Assembly (NCBI GenBank): GCA_963798845.1
Contig: CAWCUS010000001.1
Span: 640,001-704,000 of the forward strand
Direction of reading: 5' to 3'
Origin: an uncultured Gemmatimonadales bacterium
GTDB taxonomy: Bacteria; Gemmatimonadota; Gemmatimonadetes; Longimicrobiales; RSA9
Length of the DNA stretch: 64,000 nt
The notes beneath the pieces are model-generated. The model was given only the letters and a program-made list of their open reading frames with translations, made no database searches and was not told where the DNA came from. The translations under genes and the position numbers were made by a program. This document shows positions 48,499 to 58,014 of the stretch, piece after piece (positions within the stretch are counted from its first letter, which is position 1; every line of letters starts with the position of its first letter).

Positions 48499-48897
48499 TC
48501 AGGGGCCGAAGAGCGCGACCAGGGCGAAGCAGGCGGCGAGGACCAGCGTCGCCGGCGACATGACGAGCCGCTCGACCCGCGATTTCGACGCCAGGTTCCC
48601 GAAGAAGTTGACAGCGAAGAACGCCGCCGACACCCACGTGGCCGCGTGCACCGAGGCCGGCTCCGGTCCGGGCGGCGCCAGCCCCGCGCGCGCCAGCACC
48701 ACCCACCCCGCCACGGCGAGGATGAGCGCGGCCAGTGCGCTGCCGAGCCGGAGCCGGGGCGGTAGCACCGGGTAGGCGCCTCCCCACGCGGCTCGCCCGA
48801 GCGGCAACCCTGCGGCGAGCAGGAGCTGGAGGACGGCCACGGCGGCGAGCACCGACGCGGCCACGAGGGCGGCGATCCGGGAGAGCGTCATCGGCAT
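48499..48897 (-). CDS. Small four-TM hypothetical membrane protein
   Basis: 3' part of ORF 48499..50028: QLLLAAGLPLGRAAWGG...GNLASKS..ER; hydrophobic. Confidence 0.7.
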   Translation of the reverse strand: MPMTLSRIAALVAASVLAAVAVLQLLLAAGLPLGRAAWGGAYPVLPPRLRLGSALAALILAVAGWVVLARAGLAPPGPEPASVHAATWVSAAFFAVNFFGNLASKSRVERLVMSPATLVLAACFALVALFGP

Positions 48898-49276
48898 CTG
48901 GGTTCCGGCCGGAACATAGGCTGCTCGCGGCTCCGCTGCACCCGGGCGAGCGGACGCCGCTGACCGGAGTGTACCAGGAGCGCCGACACCAAGCCGCTCC
49001 ATTCGCCGGCCCGGCCGATTCGCTTGCCTTCGCCGGCTCCCCGGGGCATTTTGTGATGGACGTGGCGGCTCTCGCCCTGCCGAACCCCCTCTGCGATTCG
49101 CCGTTCGCGTAACGGGTGCCCCCACCCGGACACAGTGACCTCCCAACACAGCACGGACCCGACGTCGGGACGGGCCACCGCGCGCGCCGCCTGACCATGG
49201 CGTCGGGCGTCGCCGTTGGTGCGATGGCGGGTCGGTCGTGAGGAACGGGCCCAGGTCCAGGCTGAATCCTGAGGGG

Positions 49277-49924
49277 ATGAGCATGAAGGATGGCACCGGC
49301 CGACGGAGGTACCCCGGGGTCCCGGGACGGCGCCCCCGCGCGCTCCCCATCGCCCACGCGCTGGCGTCACAGGCGGTCGGCACCGAGCGGCTGAGGGTCC
49401 GCGTCCCGTGGAGCGTTCCCGAGCTCGTCCGGTCGACGCTGGCCCTCGCCTGGCACGGTGGCGCCCCGCGCCCCGCCGCCATCGTCAGTCTCCTCTTGGT
49501 GGTATGCGCTGCGGCGGTCGCAGCGATGGTCCAGTGGGCGCGCGGAGGCTGGGACGCGGTGGATGCGCTGGCACTCGCCGTCATCGTGGTGCCGCCGCTC
49601 CTGGTGGTCTTCCTCGGCATGCCCGCGTCCGCGTTCTGGCACACGTGGCCCGTCCTGCGCCACGCCTCGGTCGCCGGCCACTGGGAAGTTCGCCTCGGCG
49701 ACGGCGGATTCGCCCTCCTCGCCGCCGCCAGCGCCGCCGGGACACCCTGGCAGCGAGTGGAGCGCGTGGTGGAGACGGATGGGTTCTTCCTCTTCTTCGT
49801 GGATCGCGCCGCGCTGGCGCTCCCCCGTCCCGCGCTCACGCCGGGGGATACGCGCGTCCTCCGGGCGTTGCTGTGGGCGAAGCTCGGCGAACGGTTCATC
49901 CTTCGACACGGCCAGGCGGCCTGA
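49277..49924 (+). CDS. YcxB-like membrane protein
   Basis: Two TM segments then PW..V..VVET..FF.F......LP..A; start uncertain. Confidence 0.5.
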   Translation: MSMKDGTGRRRYPGVPGRRPRALPIAHALASQAVGTERLRVRVPWSVPELVRSTLALAWHGGAPRPAAIVSLLLVVCAAAVAAMVQWARGGWDAVDALALAVIVVPPLLVVFLGMPASAFWHTWPVLRHASVAGHWEVRLGDGGFALLAAASAAGTPWQRVERVVETDGFFLFFVDRAALALPRPALTPGDTRVLRALLWAKLGERFILRHGQAA

Positions 49925-50073
49925 GGATCCTGGACGACACGCCGGCGGTGGATCCGGCCCGGCACGTTCCTTCCTCCCGGGGCCCGACCGTTCGGCAGGG
50001 CACCCCGGGCAGCGCCGGCAGGCAGCACGAGCGCGCCTTAGATTCGGCAGCGGACCCGATTCACGGAGCGGTG

Positions 50074-52263
50074 ATGTTCATGCACGCAACGTCTCCCCTT
50101 TTTCCCTGGCTGCTCGCGGCCACGGCGTTCGCCGCGGCGTCTGGAGGGTGCTCGGACGCCTCCGTGACGGCCCCGCCCGACAATGGGGGCGAGCCGCTTC
50201 CCTCGCAGGATGGGCATCGCTTCACCTACTCGCCGCCACCGCAGGCGCCTCCGATCGCCGACATCAGCGTCCGGGGGAGCTTCAACGGGTGGGAAGAGAA
50301 GCCGATGGCGAAGGGCACGAGTGGGGTCTGGCAGGTCGTCGTCGACCTCCCGGACGGGACGCATCAGTACAAGTTCTACGTGAACGGTGCGTGGGTGAAC
50401 GACATGTGCTACGACCCCACGTGGGGCGATCCGGACAACGGGTATGTCGTGGACCCGGCAGCGACCGGATGCGTGTCGGACGGAAACAGCGGCGCGAACG
50501 CGGTGCTGGCGCTGGGCGCGCTGCAGCTGGACTTCCGCCACCAGCCCGGCGGGGCCGCGTACGTGTCGGAGGCCGGGGGTCGCCTGTCGGTGCGGTTCAG
50601 GGCGCGCGCCGGGGTGGTGACGACGGCCGCCGTGGCCGCCGGGGACTCGACCTTCCCGATGCACCTGCAGCTGGTGGACGGGATCACGGAGGTGTGGCGA
50701 GCGTCGTTGCCGGACGCGACGACCGGCTACGCGATTGACGTCGCCACGGTGGACAGCACGGCGCACTTCGGGCCGTACCAGGTGCCGGCGAGCCTGTTCC
50801 GCTCGATTCGGTGGGTGGAGGACGCCGTCGGCTACCAGATCTTTCCGGAGCGCTTCTGGAACGGAGACCGTGGCAACGACCACTGGACAATGGACACGGA
50901 CGAGATCCACTTCCGGGACCCGTCGCTCCCGCCGTGGGACACGGTGTTCACCGACGACTGGAGCGGTCCGGCCACCGGATGGCTCCCCTCGCACCAGTAC
51001 TTCGGCGGGGACCTCCAGGGCATCATCGACCGTCTGGGACACCTGGATTCCCTCGGGGTGAGCGCGGTCTACCTCAACCCGGTCTTCCTGGCCGGCTCCG
51101 CACACGGGTACGACACGTACGACTACCTGAAGGTGGCGCCGAACCTCGGGGACAGCACGCTGCTCCGATCGTTCCTCGACGCCGCGCACGCGCGGGGAAT
51201 CCGCGTGATCTGGGATTTCGTTCCGAACCACGTGGGTATCGGCCACTGGGCGTTCCAGGATGCCCTGGCGAAGGGAGAGGCGAGCGAGTACTGGGACTGG
51301 TTCACCTTCAAGGTGCCCGCGGACTCCGTCCAGGCCGGGGACGACGATGACTACGAGAGCTGGGGAGGTAGCGGTTCGCTTCCGGAGCTCCGGACGGACA
51401 ACCCGGAGGTGATGGACCACCTCCTGGACGTCACCCGCCACTGGACGACCTTCGGCTTTGACGGCATCCGCGTGGACGTCCCGTTCGACATCGGCAACCG
51501 CAGCACGTTCTTCCCGGCGTTCCGCGCCGCGGCGAAGGCGATCGACCCCGAGGCGTATCTCGTGGGCGAGATCTGGAACCAGGTGCCAAGCTGGCTGCGG
51601 GGGGGCGAGTTCGACGCACTCATGAACTACGCCCTCGGCCAGCGCATGGTGGAAGCGTTCGCCGACGGCGACATCAGCGGTGTAGCGGCGGCCCGACGGA
51701 TGGCGTCCATGTACACCGAGTACCCGGAGGCGGCCGTGGCCATGATGTTCAACGTCATCGCGTCCCACGATACCGACCGGCTGCTCACCATGCTCGGCGG
51801 TGGCCACTACGGGGCGACCCCCGGCCCCGAACCGCTCGCCCGACAGCGGCTCGCCTCCGCGCTGCTCTATGCGCTCCCCGGCATGCCCGTCACGTTTCAG
51901 GGCGACGAGTGCGCCCAGCTCGGCGCCAAGTCGAGGAGCGACATGGAGCGTTACCCGGTGCAATGGAGCCAGTGCGACCGGGAGATGGTGGGGCACTACG
52001 TCCGGCTGGCCGGGCTGAAGCACGGGCTGGCGGCCCTCGGGTCTCCCGTGGTTCGGGCGGGTGAGGCTTCGCCGACCCTGCTCTCGTTCCACCGGGGCGA
52101 GCCGGGCCCGGGTGAGGTGCTGGCCGTGTTCAACAACGGCTCCGGTGAGGCAACGCTCGCGCTCCCGCCCGGCATCTGGAGCGACGCGGAGACCGGCGAG
52201 GCGGTGAATGGGAGCGTGGCCATGGAGGGACTCGGCTGGCGCTACCTGGTCCGGGGCGACTGA
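50074..52263 (+). CDS. GH13 alpha-amylase/neopullulanase-like lipoprotein with an N-terminal glycogen-binding (CBM48/AMPK-like) module
   Basis: Signal ending SGGC-S; VRGSFNGW...YKFYVNG; YQIFPERF, GGDLQGI, HGYD, DFVPNH, DGIRVD, GEIW, SHD. Confidence 0.9.
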   Translation: MFMHATSPLFPWLLAATAFAAASGGCSDASVTAPPDNGGEPLPSQDGHRFTYSPPPQAPPIADISVRGSFNGWEEKPMAKGTSGVWQVVVDLPDGTHQYKFYVNGAWVNDMCYDPTWGDPDNGYVVDPAATGCVSDGNSGANAVLALGALQLDFRHQPGGAAYVSEAGGRLSVRFRARAGVVTTAAVAAGDSTFPMHLQLVDGITEVWRASLPDATTGYAIDVATVDSTAHFGPYQVPASLFRSIRWVEDAVGYQIFPERFWNGDRGNDHWTMDTDEIHFRDPSLPPWDTVFTDDWSGPATGWLPSHQYFGGDLQGIIDRLGHLDSLGVSAVYLNPVFLAGSAHGYDTYDYLKVAPNLGDSTLLRSFLDAAHARGIRVIWDFVPNHVGIGHWAFQDALAKGEASEYWDWFTFKVPADSVQAGDDDDYESWGGSGSLPELRTDNPEVMDHLLDVTRHWTTFGFDGIRVDVPFDIGNRSTFFPAFRAAAKAIDPEAYLVGEIWNQVPSWLRGGEFDALMNYALGQRMVEAFADGDISGVAAARRMASMYTEYPEAAVAMMFNVIASHDTDRLLTMLGGGHYGATPGPEPLARQRLASALLYALPGMPVTFQGDECAQLGAKSRSDMERYPVQWSQCDREMVGHYVRLAGLKHGLAALGSPVVRAGEASPTLLSFHRGEPGPGEVLAVFNNGSGEATLALPPGIWSDAETGEAVNGSVAMEGLGWRYLVRGD

Positions 52264-52343
52264 GCCGTGGCGCGCCAGCCCATGCGCCGATCGGGCGGAG
52301 TCCGGATGCGGGCGGCGTCGGCGGCGGCCGCCGGGGCGGTCGC

Positions 52344-52775
52344 GTGGTGATCCGGTTCGTCGTCTACGGTCTGCTCGGCTGGGCGGTGGAGATCGTGTTC
52401 ACCGCGGCCAAGCGGCTGCGGGACCCCGGCCGATGGCGGCTCGAGGGGAGAACCTACGTCTGGATGTTCTTCATCTATGGCCTCATCGCCCCGCTGTACG
52501 AGCCGCTCCACGACGCCATCCGTGTCTGGCCGCTGCCGGCCCGCGCGCTGCTGTACGGCGCCGGGTTCCTGCTGGTGGAGTACCTCTCCGGTTGGGTGCT
52601 GCGGCGGCTCACGGGCGCGTGCCCATGGGACTACACGAAGCGGGCGCGCTGGCACCTGCACGGGCTCATCCGCTGGGACTACGCCCCGCTGTGGATGCTG
52701 CTCGGTCTGGCACTCGAGCCGGTTCACGATTTCCTGGTGAGGCTCACGCCCGCCATCCGCGACGCCCTCGGGTAG
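52344..52775 (+). CDS. Putative ABC-transporter type IV (CmpB-like) membrane protein
   Basis: F.VYG.LGW..E, WMF.IYG, EY.SG, CPWDY, GLIR.DY.P.W. Confidence 0.7.
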   Translation: MVIRFVVYGLLGWAVEIVFTAAKRLRDPGRWRLEGRTYVWMFFIYGLIAPLYEPLHDAIRVWPLPARALLYGAGFLLVEYLSGWVLRRLTGACPWDYTKRARWHLHGLIRWDYAPLWMLLGLALEPVHDFLVRLTPAIRDALG

Positions 52776-52907
52776 GCCGTCCCGCCGTCCCCGCGCGCAT
52801 CGCGCACCCGCCTTGCGCGACGGGGGACGCTCGGCTTGCTCGCCGCACCGCCGAACCGCTAGCGTGCTGGGCTCACCCACGACCACAGGGGGACGGCGGG
52901 AGATGTA

Positions 52908-53525
52908 GTGGACGCGCTCACCGTACGCGGATTGACCCGGAGCTTCGGCCCGCTCCGGGTGCTGGATGCCATCGATTTCACGGTCCCGCGCGGCCGGGTG
53001 GCCGTGCTGCTGGGGCCGAACGGCGCGGGCAAGACGACGCTGCTGCGCTGCGTGGTGGGCGCGGAGCGCCCGGACGCGGGGGAGGTGGTGCTCGAGGGGC
53101 ACCGCATGGACGAAACCGACCCGTGGGTCCGGGCGGCGGTCGCGGCAGTCCTGGATGACATGGATTTCTTCCCGGACCTCTCGGTCCTCGAGCACCTCCA
53201 GCTGCTCGCGCTGGCACACGGCGGGGACCCGGCAAACGTCCCGGAGGTGGTGACGGAGCTGGGGCTCGATCCCGCCCGCGACCAGCTACCGGCGACGCTT
53301 TCGAGTGGCCAGCGACGCCGGCTGGCGCTGGCTTCCTGCTTCGTCCGTCCGCGTCGTCTGCTCGTGCTGGACGAGCCCGAGCAGCGGCTGGACGTGCGAG
53401 GCCGCGCGTGGCTCGCCCGGCGGCTGAAGCGTGAGAAGGCGGACGGCACCACCGTGCTCATGGCGTCCCACGATTCCGAGCTGGTCGACGCCGTGGCCGA
53501 CCTCCGGATCGAGCTGGGCGCGTGA
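52908..53525 (+). CDS. ABC transporter ATP-binding protein
   Basis: GPNGAGKT, LSSGQ, LVLDEP, ASHD. Confidence 0.93.
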   Translation: MDALTVRGLTRSFGPLRVLDAIDFTVPRGRVAVLLGPNGAGKTTLLRCVVGAERPDAGEVVLEGHRMDETDPWVRAAVAAVLDDMDFFPDLSVLEHLQLLALAHGGDPANVPEVVTELGLDPARDQLPATLSSGQRRRLALASCFVRPRRLLVLDEPEQRLDVRGRAWLARRLKREKADGTTVLMASHDSELVDAVADLRIELGA

Positions 53526-53613
53526 GCCGACGCGCCACACCCGCCACCACCCCGTGCTGCGGCGACGCCCACCGGGTCGGGCGGGCGCACGCGGAAGGCG
53601 GGGGCGGGGCCAC

Positions 53614-55053
53614 GTGAGTGCGACGCTCGCTGCCGCGCCCCACCGCATCCCGCGCCCGTCGACGTGGCGGGGCGCGCTGAAGCGCGCGCGCCGCAGACAC
53701 CACGCGCGCTCCACGGGCGATGTCCTCACCGACCTGTACATGCTGCTCTGGGTGCTGGTGGTATACGGCGGCGCACTGGTGTCCACGGTACGGGAGCACC
53801 TGCGCACGCCGCCGGGAGTGGCGGGCCTGGCGGCGGAGCGGGTTTGGATCGCCGCCGCCGTCATCCTGGCGGGGTCGGGGCTGCTGTGGCAGGGGGTCCG
53901 GGCCGTGGGCCCCCTCGTGGCGTCGCCCGCGGAGCAGTCGTGGGGCGTCTCCTCGCCCATGGACCGGCGACGCTGGCTCCTCCCCCGCTTCGTCGCCCTC
54001 CTCCTCGCCGGACTCGTGGGCGGGGCGGCGTCCGCCGGCATGGTGGTGATCCTCGGCCTCCGGGGGCATGGCTTCGGCGCGGCGCTGGCGGCGGGCGGGG
54101 TGTGGGGCCTTGGCGCCATGGCCGCCGCGGTGGCAGCCCAGGGCGCGCGCACGCGGCGCGGGCGGATCACCCTCCTTCCGGCCCGCATCGCCGGGCCAGC
54201 GCTCACGGCCGCCGGGACGCTCGCCGCCGCGGCGGTCGTGGCCGCCCACTATGGCGGCCGAGGCCTCCCCCTCCCCGACGCCCCGGTTGCGAAGTGGCTG
54301 GTGGCCGGCGGCGGCGCGCTGGCGCTCGGGGCCTGCGTCCTCGCGACGCGCGCGCTGCGCCAGGTGGACCGGGCAGCGCTGGGTGCCGGAGCGGAGATCG
54401 CTGCGGCCGCGCTGAGCGCGACCGTGTGGACGGATCCCTCGCTCCTGTCCCGCGTCCTGGAAGTGCGCCGCTGGCGACGCGTCGGCCGGGTTCGGAGCCG
54501 ACACTTCTTCGGCGCGGTGCCGGGCGTGTCGCCCCGGGCGTGGTCGCTCCTGCAGGGAGAGGTGCGGCGGGTGGCGCGTCGCCCGATGTCCCTGGTGGTC
54601 TGGGCTGCGCTCGGTCTGGCGCAGTACGCCATAGCCGTCGTGGCGCCCTCGGTGGCCGGCGTGGCCCACGTCATCGGCGCGTACATGGCGGCAGGGCGCC
54701 TCACGGGCGGGCTGCGCGCGATCGCCGGATCGGCGGGGCTGAGGCGCGCGGTGGGCGGCGGGGAGCTGGAGCTGCGCCTCATCCACGTCGTGGTCCCCGC
54801 CGTCGGGACCGCGCTCTGGTGGGTCCTGACGGCGCCGGCCGGGGGGCCACCGCTGGGCTCGGGCGAGGTGTTCCTGGTGCTGGGCGTGGTGGCGGCGGCG
54901 TACCGCTCCGCCACCCGCCCACCCATGACCTACGGCGGCTCCGCCATGGACAGTCCGGTCGGCCTATTCCCTACGGACCTCCTGCTCCAGCTGGCGCGCG
55001 GCCCGGACCTGCTGGGCGTGGTGCTGATCGTTCGCCTGATCCTGGGCCACTGA
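53614..55053 (+). CDS. DUF6297-like multi-pass membrane protein (probable ABC permease)
   Basis: Many TM helices, GP...SPA...W..SSP.DRR..L.P motif; follows the ABC ATPase. Confidence 0.6.
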   Translation: MSATLAAAPHRIPRPSTWRGALKRARRRHHARSTGDVLTDLYMLLWVLVVYGGALVSTVREHLRTPPGVAGLAAERVWIAAAVILAGSGLLWQGVRAVGPLVASPAEQSWGVSSPMDRRRWLLPRFVALLLAGLVGGAASAGMVVILGLRGHGFGAALAAGGVWGLGAMAAAVAAQGARTRRGRITLLPARIAGPALTAAGTLAAAAVVAAHYGGRGLPLPDAPVAKWLVAGGGALALGACVLATRALRQVDRAALGAGAEIAAAALSATVWTDPSLLSRVLEVRRWRRVGRVRSRHFFGAVPGVSPRAWSLLQGEVRRVARRPMSLVVWAALGLAQYAIAVVAPSVAGVAHVIGAYMAAGRLTGGLRAIAGSAGLRRAVGGGELELRLIHVVVPAVGTALWWVLTAPAGGPPLGSGEVFLVLGVVAAAYRSATRPPMTYGGSAMDSPVGLFPTDLLLQLARGPDLLGVVLIVRLILGH

Positions 55054-55071
55054 GGCGGTGCGGCGACGTCT

Positions 55072-55848
55072 TCAGCCGCCTCCCAGCGCCTCCAGCCGCT
55101 CCTTCGCCCGCCGGTTCTCCGGGTCCCGCTGCAGCACGGTCCGGTACGACGCGATGGCGTCCGAGGTCCGCCCCATCCGCTCGTACACCTGCCCCAGCTC
55201 GAACGGGATGGAGGCCGACTCCGGGTGGTACTCCCCGTTCAGCTTCAGGAAGGCGACGGCCGCGTCGGTCCGCCCTTCCCCCGCCAGCCCCATCGCCGCA
55301 TCCGTGAGGGCCCCCTCCCGGAAGTCGTAGGCCCCCGCCTCCATCATCGTCGTGCGCAGCTCCCGGTAGCGCGCGAGGGCAGCGTCGAGCCCGTCCTTCT
55401 CGAGAACGCGGTGCAACTCCTGGTCGAGGAGGTACGGCTTCTCCAGACCGCGGTGGCACGTCTTGCAGCGAACGGGGAGCGTCGGGCCTTCCTGGTGCGG
55501 GAGGTCGGGAAGGATCTCCGTGTTGAGCCGGTGGACCATGTGCATCATGAAGCGCGCCCGGTCCTTGGTCGGCTTGTCGTCCAGGTCGAAGCGGGCTCCG
55601 CGGAACGAGTCGTCCGGGCCCATCACGTGGCAGAACTCGCAATGGACGCCGAGGGCGTTGGCGAACCCGCGCATGGCGGCGAGAAGCTGATCGTGCGGGA
55701 TGTCCGGGGGGAACACCTCGAGGTTGGTGAACGAATCCGGCACCTGCGCCGAGGCCGGTCGAGCACCAGCCGTCGCGGCGAGGATGGCGGAAACGACCAG
55801 AGCGGTCAGGACCGTGGGGGCGGTGCTGCGGATCACTCGCGTTCTCAT
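55072..55848 (-). CDS. Exported dihaem c-type cytochrome (reaction-centre cytochrome c-like domain) with C-terminal TPR
   Basis: Signal peptide; NLEV, M.G...ALGVHCEFCH, AR.M..MV..LN, CKTCHRG; TPR-like C-terminus. Confidence 0.8.
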   Translation of the reverse strand: MRTRVIRSTAPTVLTALVVSAILAATAGARPASAQVPDSFTNLEVFPPDIPHDQLLAAMRGFANALGVHCEFCHVMGPDDSFRGARFDLDDKPTKDRARFMMHMVHRLNTEILPDLPHQEGPTLPVRCKTCHRGLEKPYLLDQELHRVLEKDGLDAALARYRELRTTMMEAGAYDFREGALTDAAMGLAGEGRTDAAVAFLKLNGEYHPESASIPFELGQVYERMGRTSDAIASYRTVLQRDPENRRAKERLEALGGG

Positions 55849-56054
55849 GGGGGCGAACCAGGTCCGGAGGGAACGGGCAGGCTTCGACATGCGGTACTAT
55901 GAGGCGCTCGCGCTCACGCCGCCACCCGGAAACCCGGCGCTCGCCGTGCCGCCGGTCCAACCATTGCGACGCCACGACCTCTCCGCCACTCTACCGGTGT
56001 CCGCAGGGATATGCGGGCACCGACCGTTCCCAGCGAATCCCACGGAGGCCGGAG

Positions 56055-56966
56055 ATGAAGCGGTGGCTGCCGGCGGTTCTCGCGGGCGGCGTGGCTCTGG
56101 CTGCCGCGTGCGACGACACGGCCGCCCCGGGCAGCAACGAGCTGCTGGGGGAGTACACCGCCGTGGAAGCGGATGGCGGCTCGCTCCCGATCGATTGGGC
56201 GCCAGCCGTCCAGCTCACGGGCGCGCTCCTCGCCCTGGGCGCCTCGCCCGAGCAGCGCTTCACCCTCACCTACCTGCTCGCCGTCCGCGACACCACACCC
56301 CCGCCACCCGACAGCACCGGCACGCCACCCGACAGCACCGGCACGCCACCGGACAGCACCGGCACGCCACCGGACAGCACCGGCACTCCACCCGACAGCA
56401 CCGGCACGCCGCCGGACAGCACCGGCACGCCGCCCGACACCACCAGCTCGGGCGGGCTGCGCGCGGCCGCGGCGGACAGCGTGAGCGCCGACACCTGCGA
56501 GGTGCTCGGGGATTGGGCCATGAGCGGGGACTCGCTCGTGGCTGTGGACAGCACCATCACGGTCTCCGGCAGCGGATGCGGCGCCGAGGTCGGCCTCGGC
56601 ATCGCGGCAGGGGGGACGGCGATCCTGGTTCAGGCGGACGCGGCGGACGCGGAAGAAGGTCCCTTCCACGCCCTCCGGTTCGAGCGGCGGATCGTGGACC
56701 GCCTCGCCGCCGAGCCGGACACTCTCCTCATCGCCGGGCTGGGGCAGGAGCGTTCGCTGCACGTGGTCCTGGCCGACCAGGCGGGCGTCGCGTACGACGT
56801 CCGCACCGATCTCCGGATCGGGCTCCAGGGCGCGTCGGTGGTGGAGCTGGTGGAGAGCGCCGCGCCGGACTCGCTGGTCCTGCGCTCCGTCCTCGCGGGA
56901 CAGGCGCAGCTGATTCTCCTGGCGGGGTCGCGCGCGGACACGGTGAGGATCACGGTGACCCGGTAG
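56055..56966 (+). CDS. Lipoprotein with (PPDSTGT)n repeat
   Basis: Lipobox LAAAC-D; ATG 56055 with GGAGG upstream. Confidence 0.75.
   Translation: MKRWLPAVLAGGVALAAACDDTAAPGSNELLGEYTAVEADGGSLPIDWAPAVQLTGALLALGASPEQRFTLTYLLAVRDTTPPPPDSTGTPPDSTGTPPDSTGTPPDSTGTPPDSTGTPPDSTGTPPDTTSSGGLRAAAADSVSADTCEVLGDWAMSGDSLVAVDSTITVSGSGCGAEVGLGIAAGGTAILVQADAADAEEGPFHALRFERRIVDRLAAEPDTLLIAGLGQERSLHVVLADQAGVAYDVRTDLRIGLQGASVVELVESAAPDSLVLRSVLAGQAQLILLAGSRADTVRITVTR
56304..56441 (+). repeat. 21-bp coding tandem repeat, 6 full copies plus a partial copy
   Basis: Unit CCACCCGACAGCACCGGCACG with synonymous variants, encoding PPDSTGT. Confidence 0.95.
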
Positions 56967-57096
56967 GCACAGAGCGCAGGAAGGCGCGCCCCTCGCCCTC
57001 CTCCCATGGCGGCCTGGACGCCCCTTCCCTCCCACACCGGCCCCCCCCATGTTCCCCACGTTTCAACTCCAACCCGGATCGGGACGCACAGACACG

Positions 57097-58014
57097 ATGA
57101 AGCACATACGGACGGTGGGCGTGGCGCTGGCCTTCACCATGACGGCGGCAGGGACGGCGGCCGCGGCGATGTGGGGAGCGACGGGTCACGAGATCGTGGG
57201 CGAGGTGGCGGCGGCGTCGCTGCCAACGGACATGCCCGCGTTCTTCCGGGACGCCGCGCCGCAGCTGCGCTGGCTCGACCCCGAGCCCGACCGCTGGCGG
57301 GACAGGGACGCACCGGCCATGGACGAGGCGTTCAAGTACGACCACTACATCGACCTGGAGAACGTGCCGGCAGGGGCGCTGGACGCCCGGGACCGCTTCA
57401 CGTACCTGGAAGCCCTTTTCGCGGCGGGGCTGAAGAAGCCGCAGCAGACCGCAGGCTTCCTCCCGTACCGGATCCTCGAGATGCAGGAGCGGGTGACCAA
57501 CGGCTTCGCCCGGTGGCGGCGGGCGGAGGGAGAGCAGGAGCGGCGCTGGATCGAGGCGAGGATCATCAACGACGCCGGCATCCTCGGGCACTACGTCGCC
57601 GATGGCTCGAACCCGCACCACACCACGATCCACTTCAACGGCTGGGCCAAGGGGGCGGCGAACCCACGCGGCTTTGCCACGGCGCACGATATCCACTGGC
57701 GCTTCGAGAGCCTGTTCGTCGACGCGCACGTGACCGTTTCCGATGTGGCCGCCGCCGTCCCCCCCGGCACCGAGGCGATCCCGGATGTGCGCCAGGGGAT
57801 CATGGCCTATCTCCAGGCCACGCACGCACAGGTGGTCCCGCTCTACCAGATCGAGCAGAAGGTCGGCTTCCCTGGCGACTCGGCCGCCGCCGCGCCCGCG
57901 GCCAAGGCTTTCGTCGTGGACCGCCTCGCCGCCGGCGCCGAGATGCTGCGGGCTCTCTGGTACACCGCCTGGGTGGACAGCGAAGCCGTGGCCCGGCGGA
58001 GCGAAAGACGATGA
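57097..58014 (+). CDS. Secreted S1/P1 nuclease (zinc phospholipase C/P1 fold)
   Basis: Signal peptide then WGATGH; PD, HYID, GHYVADGSNPHH, IHWRFES. Confidence 0.85.
   Translation: MKHIRTVGVALAFTMTAAGTAAAAMWGATGHEIVGEVAAASLPTDMPAFFRDAAPQLRWLDPEPDRWRDRDAPAMDEAFKYDHYIDLENVPAGALDARDRFTYLEALFAAGLKKPQQTAGFLPYRILEMQERVTNGFARWRRAEGEQERRWIEARIINDAGILGHYVADGSNPHHTTIHFNGWAKGAANPRGFATAHDIHWRFESLFVDAHVTVSDVAAAVPPGTEAIPDVRQGIMAYLQATHAQVVPLYQIEQKVGFPGDSAAAAPAAKAFVVDRLAAGAEMLRALWYTAWVDSEAVARRSERR

Noticed and set aside
48900..49276. ncRNA or riboswitch in the long intergenic region
   Set aside because: No recognisable conserved motif by eye; an Rfam covariance search would be needed.
55072..55848. Reaction-centre cytochrome c-like domain as evidence of phototrophy
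   Set aside because: Only two CxxCH motifs, fused to TPR, with no puf or bch genes nearby.
56304..56441. CRISPR-like array (also 63061-63167)
   Set aside because: Head-to-tail 21-bp units without spacers, in frame inside CDSs, no cas genes.
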